From: an uncultured Candidatus Saccharibacteria bacterium
GTDB taxonomy: Bacteria; Patescibacteriota; Minisyncoccia; Phycocordibacterales; PCTT01
DNA length: 62,357 nucleotides
Direction of reading: 5' to 3'
Assembly: GCA_964566505.1 (NCBI GenBank)
Contig: CAZMIM010000004.1
Span: forward strand, 1-62,357
The number at the start of each line of letters is the position of its first letter. The first letter of the stretch is position 1. A program made the translations under genes and the position numbers. The notes below the pieces were generated by a model, which was not told the origin of the DNA, ran no database searches, and saw nothing but the letters and a program-made list of their open reading frames with translations. Positions 38,229 to 48,600 of this stretch are shown in pieces.

Positions 38229-38904
38229 TGTTCATTTTATCAAGTTTCTGTATCAAATATTCTCTGGATAACTTCTTATACTGAGCTGGTGTATATTTAT
38301 ACAAATCATGCTTTTTAATTATTGGAGAATTCTTTCGCTTCCCTGAATAGTCACCCAAGCTACAAAAATCATAATCCTCAGCCCACTTATATGCCTTATC
38401 AAAATTCTTTATCGCACTTTTCAAGCCTCCTCTATAAAGTTCAAAAGGATTTTTTACATTTACATATATATGAACGAGTTCGAGATAATAATCAGAATCA
38501 ATGGTTTTTGACTTATATGCACCTTGGAAAATACTGCCTTTCTCTTCATATTTATTATTAAAGCTCATCGACATACTGCCGCACAAACTTTGCATAAATT
38601 TCGAAATCCCACCCTCTTCTATTTCTTCTAGAATCAAGTGAAAATGATTTGGCATAAGGCAATATGAAAGTATATTCACAACCGGCTCTCTATCTGCCCA
38701 CTCTTTTGGTCTTTCAAAATGTAGCCCTTTTTTAATAGAAGAAACATCTCTCTCCCAATATTCAGAATGATTTTTGTCATTTAAGTAATAAAGCATTTTT
38801 ATGAATCTCCACTTATCACTATCATCACGAACAATTTCCATACCACGAGCACCTCGCTTTATTACATGAACTATTGATCCTACTGTGTATGGTTCCCTTC
38901 TCAT
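38209..38904 (-). CDS. IS200/Y1-type HUH transposase of the REP-associated (RAYT) kind
   Basis: HUH motif in CLMPNHFHLIL and the Tyr region GSIFQGAYKSKTIDSDYYLELVHIYVNVKNP. It is adjacent to three identical palindromes. Its stop overlaps the LamG gene start by 20 nt. Confidence 0.8.
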   Translation of the reverse strand: MRREPYTVGSIVHVIKRGARGMEIVRDDSDKWRFIKMLYYLNDKNHSEYWERDVSSIKKGLHFERPKEWADREPVVNILSYCLMPNHFHLILEEIEEGGISKFMQSLCGSMSMSFNNKYEEKGSIFQGAYKSKTIDSDYYLELVHIYVNVKNPFELYRGGLKSAIKNFDKAYKWAEDYDFCSLGDYSGKRKNSPIIKKHDLYKYTPAQYKKLSREYLIQKLDKMNNDYVLE

Positions 38905-38919
38905 TTTTTCTTCTTATTA

Positions 38920-38946
38920 GTTTGGGAAGGTCAGACCTTCCCAAAC
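38920..38946. repeat. REP-like palindrome copy 1
   Basis: gtttgggaaggtc-a-gaccttcccaaac: perfect 13-bp arms. It sits between the RAYT start and the upstream gene stop. Confidence 0.9.
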
Positions 38947-38971
38947 TTAATTTAATGAAATTAATTTTAGG

Positions 38972-39616
38972 TTAGTTGAATTGCCAGGTATTAAGCACTT
39001 CTTGAAGCAAGGTGTCGAGTGATGCGTATGTGCTTATCTGGTAAAGATTATTTTTAAACACAAACCAAACCTCACGTGAACTACCTCCAAACGCTTCATT
39101 GTCAGAGAGAAATGCTAGCCCTTTCCCAGAGCGCTCCCCAAGCTCTACAGTCTGCCCATCTCTCACTACCATGTCAGGAATGTCTTCAAGAATTCGCGCT
39201 TTTGTAATATCAAATGTTTCATCTACTGGGGTTACATATATCTGTATCCCCTGCTTTCTTTCTGTGTTTTGAAATACATACACATCACTCCCTGCTTCCT
39301 CAAACTGGCCAAGTGTGAAATATTCAGGATATTTCAATGCAAAGCCATATTTCTGACTTTTAAATGATTTCCAAATACTTGTATCTATATTAGAGATAGT
39401 CTGTCCAACTGGCGCCTGTGTCTCATCTGAGTTTGGGAAGGTCTGACCTTCCCAAACTTCTGGTTGGGGGTTGAAGGTTATTTCACCCCAAGAAACTGAG
39501 TCGCCAGTATTGCTTTTAGGACTATCATTGAGCCAATTTATCGCAAAATACGCCCCTACCCCTACAAGCAAGATAATGAAAATATATGATATGTATTTTT
39601 GGATTTCTGTGTTCAT
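38972..39616 (-). CDS. membrane-anchored hypothetical protein carrying a REP copy in frame
   Basis: 214 aa. N-terminal anchor YISYIFIILLVGVGAYFAI, then a globular C-domain. It is flanked on both sides by REP copies. Confidence 0.6.
   Translation of the reverse strand: MNTEIQKYISYIFIILLVGVGAYFAINWLNDSPKSNTGDSVSWGEITFNPQPEVWEGQTFPNSDETQAPVGQTISNIDTSIWKSFKSQKYGFALKYPEYFTLGQFEEAGSDVYVFQNTERKQGIQIYVTPVDETFDITKARILEDIPDMVVRDGQTVELGERSGKGLAFLSDNEAFGGSSREVWFVFKNNLYQISTYASLDTLLQEVLNTWQFN
39431..39457. repeat. REP-like palindrome copy 2 (inside a CDS, centre base flipped)
   Basis: gtttgggaaggtc-t-gaccttcccaaac, read in frame as VWEGQTFPN (aa 54-62). Confidence 0.9.
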
Positions 39617-39629
39617 GTCTCTTTTTTAA

Positions 39630-39656
39630 GTTTGGGAAGGTCAGACCTTCCCAAAC
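39630..39656. repeat. REP-like palindrome copy 3
   Basis: Identical to copy 1. It lies 16 nt downstream of the giant ORF stop and 14 nt upstream of the next start. Confidence 0.9.
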
Positions 39657-39671
39657 TCTGTGTGAGTTGGG

Positions 39672-42600
39672 TTAGTTGGTTTGAGGGGTTGTTGTGGCTG
39701 TAGTTTCTGGAGCTTCTGTGGTTTCTACGGTTTCTGTAGTTTCTGTTGTGCTCTCTTCCTCTGTAGTCTCTTGCGAAGCAGGAGTTTCTTCTGTGCTCTC
39801 CTCTACAACTTCTTCAGTTATTACTTCTGCTGTAGTGGTTGCTGTATCCTCTGTAGTTTCCTCTTCTATTACAACTTCAGGTGTTGTTGTGGCTGTCTCT
39901 TCTGTAGTCTCTTCGATAGTTACCTCAGGCGTTGAAGTTGCTTGCTCTTCTGTGCTCTCGTCCTGCGTAGCCTCTGGCGAAGCAGGAGTCTCTGGAAGCT
40001 CTATTGGAGTATCAACTGAAGCTTGCTCTTGCTCTGGTGCTTGCTCTGTTACCTCTGGAGTCTCTTCCTCCACCGTTGCAAGACTATCAAGTGTTCCTTC
40101 TCCAACAATCACGATTCGGTCAACTCTTGCCTCTTCCCCGCTTTGTCCAACTGCCTTGTATGTGATTCGGTATGTTGTATCAAGTGACGTGTCGATTGAA
40201 ACTTGAGCCATCTCTACTCCGTCTACAAATACTGTGTATCCAAGCTCGTTTCCTGTCTCTGTGTCCACTACTCGAGCTCCCATGTCTGAGTACGTTGAGC
40301 CCTTAGCGATTCGTGATGGGTTTACTCCATTTAGTGTAATCTCTGGTGCAAGATTATTTACTACCACACCGCTCTCTTGTGTTTCTTCGTCTTCTACCAC
40401 TACAAGCTCACACTCACCAGCCTCTGAAACCATTGCTCCATTTCGAAGTACTACACAGTATGCGTCTCCTGTTTCTTGATCATAAAGTGTGATTCCTGAT
40501 GGTCGCTCTGGTGTACCTACTGTCAATGTATCTGCGAATAGGTTTGTGAAGTATGCGAATCCATTCTCGATTCGTGCTCCGAGGCTTTGTAAGAAGCCGA
40601 GGAGCGCGTCTTTGAATCCTGTTGTGAATGTTGCCACTGTTGTTGTAGCTGTTGATGTCGCAGTTGAAGTAGAAACTTCAAATACTCCTACAGCAACAGT
40701 TGATGTTGCTACAGAGCCACTTAGCTCGGCAACTTGGGCCTCAAGGTCTGTAAGTCGTGTGTCGAGTGCCTTCACAGCAGATAGTGTTACTGTTGTGAGC
40801 TTGTATAGGTCTACTCCACGACCATCAAGTGATAGAACTTCTGAAGGAGCTTCTTCTGCAATAAGTCCCATGAATCGTGTATCCTTTGTGTTTGTTGATG
40901 TATTGATGCTTGAGCCGTTGATATTTGCTTCATCATCAGAATATGAGTTTGTAAGGCCATCATGTCGTTGCTTGTAGTTGTATGTTGCAACCTTCATTGC
41001 TCGTATAGACTCAAGTGCGTGGTCATAATCAGAGTCAGCAAGATATTCAATATCTTCTTTTTCATCTCGAGTAGAGATATTTACAAATGACTGCGCTGCT
41101 ACATCTCCCATAACATGAAGGTCATATTCTGGTGTTGTAGTACCAATTCCGATTCGTCCTTCAGAGTCTACAAACACTTGTGATGTTACAAAGTTGTATG
41201 TATCAAGAACGAATACTTCGATAAGGTTGTCTGTGCTTCCGCTATTGTATGCTTCAAGTGCTCGAGCAATTACTCGTCCAGAATTTACCTGCTTCATAGC
41301 AACACCTGACTCACTTGAAAGCACAAGATAGTCACCAATCTCAATATCTCCTCCTTCTAGATTTACCTTCAAAGGCACACGACCTTTAAGGGCTACTGGC
41401 ACAGAATTTCCAATTTTCTGCCCAAGAAGGATACCTGGTTTTGTAGACACTATTCCCAAAACATCATCTCCTGCATGCGCTCGTCTTACAAGACCGACAA
41501 CATTCCCTGAAGTTGTCGCTGTATTAAGCGCAACCACTTCTCCAGCAGACAAGGTTGTGTCGAGTGTTGGGTAGTTCTCAGCAAGGTCGATTGCCGTTAC
41601 TGATGCAGACTCTGAATATATATAGCCTCGCGTACGAGATGTATCAGAGCAGTTTTCACCATTGTCATCTACGCACAAGAAGCCTTCGTTTATAACAACG
41701 TCTGAACCAGCATGTATCCTCCCAGAGACCATTAGACTCTCAACTCCTGTTGATACGCCCTTGTAAAACACTTCAAGCCACACAACATCTATATAGTGAT
41801 TTTGTGTATTACTATTGTCCAAAACGTACAAACTGATTCCGAAACCACTATTCTCTACATCTGCCTCAGAAATTGTTGTTCCCCAAAGACTATTTTCGGA
41901 ACCAGCAGTTTTTTCAGTGAATGTCGTATTGAGAACTCCAAAATATTCCGCAGTACCTGCAGCTGAACCAGCCTTCATAATTTGTGCATGCAATTGTGCG
42001 GTGGCTGCACTTAGTGAATAACCTTGTACATACGCCTTTACTCCAGTAACCGTAGCACCATCTGGTATAGAAATTCCAAAATCTGTAACCTCCAGTCTGT
42101 TTGATTGGTTTCCTACAGCAGGTGTTGCTTGTGTGTATGATACATCATCGAGCTGGGCATTTGATGGACTAGACCAAGCATATGAGCCTCCTCCGTCTGC
42201 AAAAGAACCTCCTGTTTTTTTGTTTGTGGTTAATTCAAACTGCGGTATAGCGGAAATGGTTGTGTATACATCGTCATGAGAAAGAGAAATACCTGATGTT
42301 GTTGTCGCTGAGCCTGATCTTCCAACAACAGACATTACCTCTGATGTTGGTGTCTTGTAAAAGACTTCAAGCCATACAACATCTACATAGTGATTTTGTG
42401 TATTACTATTGTCCAAAACGTACAAACTAATTCCGAAACCACTATTCTCTACGTCAGATTTAGAAATTGTAGTGCCCCACATGCTCGTAACGTTTTTTGT
42501 TGAGAGACTAGTATTAAAGATCCCAAAATATTGCGTAGTACCCGCCGCTGATCCTGCTTTCATAATTTGTGCATTAACCTGTCCAGTAGCAGCGGATTGT

Positions 42601-45600
42601 GAATACCCTAAAATAGAAGCTTTAACCCCAACAACCTCAGCATCTGCTGGCAAAGAGAAGTTGAAGTCGGTCAACTCAAGCCTGTTTGATTGGTTTCCTA
42701 CAGCAGGCTGTGCCTGTGTGTACGATACGTCGTCTTCTTTAGCATTTGACGGGCTTGACCAAGCATATGAGCCACCTCCATCTGCAGCTGAGCTAGCAAC
42801 AGATCTCTTAGTTGTTAGTGTTCCAGAGAATGAGCTAGTTGCGTGGAATAAACTTATATTATTATCAAATGTACCAACTCGAATACCATTTGAAATACCT
42901 GAACCATATACATTAAGTTGTGTTTCTGGTGTTGATGTTCCGATTCCTACGCTTCCTGTATCAAAGTAAATATCACTTCCATTTTGTGACCACAGTCCTC
43001 CAAGCGAGCCCCATGCTGAACCATTGTATCCTTCAAATCCGCTTGTTGTTGTGTTGTATCGGATAGTTCCAGCGTATCCTGTTGGACGTTGTGCTGTTGT
43101 ACCTACTGGAATCACCATACCGTCAGTCCCGTGTACAGAAAATGTTACATGTGGTGATGTTGTTCCTACTCCTAAATTACCTCCATTGAAGTATGAAGCT
43201 CCCGCAGTTTGAATATCGACATCTGCATTGTTCCCAGAATCATAAATTCTAAACCTGTTGTTAACACCACCATTAAATCCAAGATTTGTGTCACCTGACA
43301 CTGTTGTCATGTTTAGAGAACCACTTGAGTTTGAACCAAGAGTTACAAAGTTTCCTGCTGAATATGTAAGTTTAAGTTGCTGTGCTGTATCTGCAATTGT
43401 AAGTGCGGTGTCTGGAGTTGTGGTTCCAACACCAACATATCCATTACCAGCACCGTTGAGCACAAGGTTGTCTGTATTGTGGTTCATCTCTATGAAGGTG
43501 TTGTTGAGGGTTCCTGAATCGTTTTGTGACTGAATCTTTGATGTACCTCCGTTGATTTGGAAGTTTATTGTTTTTTCGTTTGATGTGCCTCCAGAGTCAT
43601 AGAGTATAAGTCCTGCTGATTGTGACCCTTCTGCATAGAAGCGTCCGTCTGTATTACCTGTACCTATTGCTACTCCATCTTCTGTGCCACCGTCGAATAC
43701 CCAGGATAGTGAAGCGTCACCTGATATAGAAAGCTTTGTGTCTGGTGAGGTGTTTCCTATACCGACGTTGCCATTAGAATCAATTCTCATTGATTCATTT
43801 GCATTTCTGTACACACCACTTGCACCTGTACCAAAGACTATGTCGGCGTAAGCACCTATAAATAAATCAGTGTCATTATAAATACCAAGACCTACAACAT
43901 TATCTGCACCGTCAGATGTTCGAGAAAAACCAATAGCTCCTCCAGATGAGCTGTAATCTGAAATATTAGAGAGGGTTCCTAGTGTTGAGATGGTAACATT
44001 TTCATTACTTGCTACTTGAACATCAAGTGTGGCGTCTGGACTTCCCGTACCTATTCCCACATCACCTCCAGAATATGAGTTCAAAAGAAGATCTGTCGCA
44101 TCTATTCTAAGGTTTTTGTATGTATTATCTGCATCGTTTATTGCCCAGATTCCTTCAAATGATCCTAGTGTACCTATCTTAAGTTGAGAGTCGGATACTC
44201 CGGAGTCGATATGGAGCTTTGATTCTGGAGATGCTGTGCCAATACCTAGATAACCCTCTTCTGTAAGGCGCATTCTCTCATTTGAAGCAGCAACTTTGTT
44301 TGCATCATTTGTCCCATCTACAAACCAAACAAAATCTCCGAGCCCGTTTCCTGTTACACCTCCCGCCTCAAAACCAAAGAATGCCTTCACAGGGTTTGAC
44401 CCTAGCGCATAACCTGTTCCAACATATCGTGTCGATGCATATGTATCATGTTGGAGCACGAGGCCTTCATCTACATCAAACCCTCCTGTGTATAGGCCAA
44501 TTTCTGCGTTTGAGTTTGCAGATGCGTGTGTTGTTATTTGACCTGATACGAGTGCATTGCCTGCAAAAGTAGCATTCTGTGACGAGTCAAGTGTAAGTGC
44601 ATCTGCATCTCCTGACTGTAGAACAAGTGCGTCAGTAGCGTGATTGTATTCAATTCCTCCTGCGTAGTTGTCTCCTTCATCTGCAAACATCAAGTAACCA
44701 ATATCTGAGCTGGTTGTAAGAACAGAAATTGCAGCAGAAGTATTATCCTCTACTCCAATTCGTGAAAGGCTGTGGAATGCACCTCCTGATGCACCTGCAT
44801 ATACCTCAAGCTCTTGTCCTGGTGTTGTAGTTCCAATACCAACATATCCTGTTGTGTTTTTAATAGTAAGTGCGTCTGTAAGGGTTGGTGCACCTGAGCC
44901 TGTTGAGTGTCCTGTTCGGAAAATAAGGTCTGTACCATCACCATCTTCTGCAATAGCCTCAATATCAGCCATAACACCTGTGCTTCCTGTAGATGCGTCT
45001 GATGAATAGAACTGAATCTTTCCAATTGTATTATCTGTTGTGACTGTTGTGTCATCTGTTGAAAGAGTGAATACAGCGCCATCTGTATCTGCAACTGAAA
45101 GCTTTGTAAGTGGTGAAGTGGTTCCGATACCTACCCGCTCATTCTGGATTCCCCCTGAACCGTCTGACTCTGCGTATACGGTAAGGATTGGGTTTGCATC
45201 TATTTGTGCTGAATAGCTTTGTACTGTTGCAGCTGCCGCAGCTGATGTTACTGGTAAATCTACCCAAGAAACGATTCCTGCGTTTGTATCAAATGAAAGT
45301 GCTCCGAGTTCTACATTGTCGATAGATGTAACACCTGATGAGAAGTCGTGTGTAAATGCTCCACTGTCGATTACCAATCCACCATTGAATGTAGATGTTG
45401 CTGTGGTTGATGTAGCTGTAAAATTCTCTGCTACGACCTCCCCTACTACTGAAAGTTTTGCGTATGGAGATGTAGTTCCAATTCCAACATTTCCGCCATC
45501 CAAAACAGTCATAGAATAAGACAAAGTCCCTCCGCCGTCCCAGCTTGTTCCCCCGCCAAAATATATGCTGCCATTAGCAGCAGCAATTGCTGAAGGATTG

Positions 45601-48600
45601 CCAGCGCCCGCGCTATCCATATTACCTATCAAAATTGCTGGTGCTCCCGACCCAGAAGACAAGGAAAGTCTTGTATTTGAAGAATTGTATACAGATAAAT
45701 TATCTGGAGGTGTTGTAGTTCCAATACCTACGTTTCCAGCAGAAGCCGAATTAAGTATTAGATTTGAGGCGTCTATACGTAGATTCTTAAAAGATGAGGC
45801 ATCTCTATCATAGGTTTGTATATATCCATAGTCATTAGATCCGTCTATTCTATACTGCACTTCAATACCCTTACCAGAAGTTGGAGAATCCAGTGAAGAC
45901 ACTGCCAGGTGCCTTGTCCCTCCTGATATTTCCAAAGACTGTTCTGGGGTTGTTGTGCCAATTCCTACGTTTCCTGTTGAGTCAACAACCATTCTCCAAT
46001 TAGTATTTGTATAGCCAGCTATTCCAGCGCTTCTTCCTGTTGCAAAATACAAACTTCCAGTTGTTCCAATAGTTGCGCTGTTACTGTATTCATTTCCAAC
46101 AGCGAATGTCATTTCCTGAGGGCTAACCGATTCCTCTCTCAAACGAATAGTAGGAACATCGTCTTGTTGGATAAGCATCGTGTCATAAGACACGTGTGTA
46201 GCATTTGCTGAATTTGAATTATTAAGAATCAAAGACTTAGAACCTGAATACCAAGACTTATTTACTTCAAGTTGTGCATCCGGAGTATTGTCACCAATAC
46301 CTACGTTTCCTGAGGTGTTAATAAACAATCTTTCAGTTCCTCCTCCTGTTGTAAAGCTAAGATTTCCTTGTGCACGAAGTGTTGTGTCCTCTTCATATCC
46401 AGCTGTATTTGATACAAGATGATACCTAGTGCCGAGATATGCCTCTGCTGTACCTCCTTTTTCAAACTGTATATATCCTCCGTATGTACCTGTACCATTA
46501 AATATTGCCAAACCACTACTTGAGCTTTCTACATCAAGTGGTGCATCTGGTGTTGAATCACCGACCCCAAAATTACCTCCTGTTATATAGTTGCTTGTAT
46601 TTGTACCAAATTGAACCTCTGTAGTTCCTCCGCTGTCTTTTAGCCGTAGTATTCCTTCTGCTCCATCTTGATATACCTGAAGCATATCGTTGTAGCTGTA
46701 TGTTCCATCGTATGTTGTAATAAATGGATAGTTTCCAGAACCAGCAGATACTGCCTCAAGTCGTGCGCCTGGTGAAGATGTTCCTATACCTACGTTACCA
46801 GCAGATGTAACGTCCATAACTCGATTTCCATTTGTCACAAAAGATAAATCATTTGTGTTTGGATTATATATTCCTGAGTCAGTTCCAGATCCAAAAGTTC
46901 CTGAACCTGAAAATCTTAGTGCTCCACCAGCTATTTCCAATTTTGAAGCAGGGTCAGTAACACCAATACCTACAAGCCCTGTTTCTGTAATTGTTACTCT
47001 ATCTGTTTCATTTGTTTGGAATCTAAGATCTCGTGAACCAGAGTTGTGACCTATATTCATAGCATTACCATCAAGAGTTATGTATCCTGCGTAGCCACTT
47101 CCTGTTATTTGGAGATGTCCTGTACCACTTGAGTTTGGGCTAATATTTGAAGCTGATGATATATGCAAAGGAGATGCTGGTGCCGATGTTCCAATACCTA
47201 CGTTACCGCCAGAACCTTCAATAAATATTCGAGCATATGTTAGTGGATCAGTATCAAGATCTGAAACTCCAGAACCAGCTGAAAGGTAAAGGTCTCCGTT
47301 GTATTGTGAGTAGATTCCAGCCCGTACATCAGATGTAATACCAGCAGAAGTGTCATTTCGCTGTGCAAATCCAATACCTACAGCGTCTGTTGTAAGGTTT
47401 GAGCTTTTTCGGTGGAACACTGCTGAAGTAGTTGCTGTTCCTGTAACATGGAACTGATACTGTGGTGATGTCTGCCCCACACCAACATCTCCGTCATTTG
47501 CCAAAAATAGTGTGTCCACAGTAGGTGCATTTCCTGTTGATGAGCCATACCCAAGTGTCATTCCTGAACCAGCATAGTATGTCAAGAATGGATCGTTCCC
47601 ATCAAATCCGTATGAATTGAAGTATCCCCCAGCAGATTTCTCGAGTGTAAGAGTGTTGGCACTGTCTAGGACATGGAGCTTAGAACTTGGACTAGTTTCC
47701 GCTATTCCAACGTTTCCTGCACCATCAATAATCATACGTCGTGTAAGAGTTGATGATGTATTTGATGTATAAAATTCAAGATTTCCTCCATTTGTATTTG
47801 TTGGATATGCAGCAGACCTTATAGAAGCTTGATCATTTGCGATAGAGCCTGAAGTTGTTCCATAGAATTTAAGGTCGTTACTTCCTGCAGAAGCCGTGTA
47901 CCCTGTAAGATCAATTCTAATATCTCCAGCAACATGAAGTGCGTCTTGTGGTGTTGTTGTTCCGATTCCTACATTTCCAGCTCCTGTTACTACAAACAAA
48001 TCACTTCCTGTTGAAAGGTTTGTTGGTGTGTATGTGTTACTTCGGATTCGTAGTGGATATGTAGAAGCGTCATTTGCTACGGTACTCAAGAGAAGACCAT
48101 TGTATGTAGAAGAGTTTGTGTCGTTGTTTATCACAGCAGCATATCCAGCAGCTCCAGCATTTGAGTCCACATGGAATGCTCCCTTGGGTGAAGTAGTTCC
48201 GATTCCCACGTTTCCATTTGCCAATGCCTCAAAAATAGGTGTTGATCCACCATTACCAGACAAACTTAGTACGGGAATACTTCCAGTATCATCACTCCTT
48301 ATTTCCAACCCATAATCAACAGTATCAAATTGGGCAGCCCACTCTCCAGTATCTGCTTGATTTATTTGAAGACCTCGATCATTATCTGACGAACCAACGT
48401 TAATCTCTAGTTTCTCTGACGGAGTTTCTGTATTTATACCCATTCTTCCAGAAGAATCGATCGTTATAATATTAGAACCAGAATTATCAAATTCATAATT
48501 CAAAGCATCAAAACGAAGCGTGTCGTACGAGGAATCACCCCTGTTATATGATTGAATAGTAGAAGCTCCAGAAGTTGTACCTGGGACAACTTCAACACCT

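Noticed and set aside
38920-39656. The three identical 27-nt palindromes as a CRISPR array
   Set aside because: There are only three copies, with unequal spacing (484 and 172 nt) and one in flipped orientation. Two flank a real CDS and one lies inside it. No cas genes are present and a RAYT gene is adjacent, so REP-like elements explain them better.
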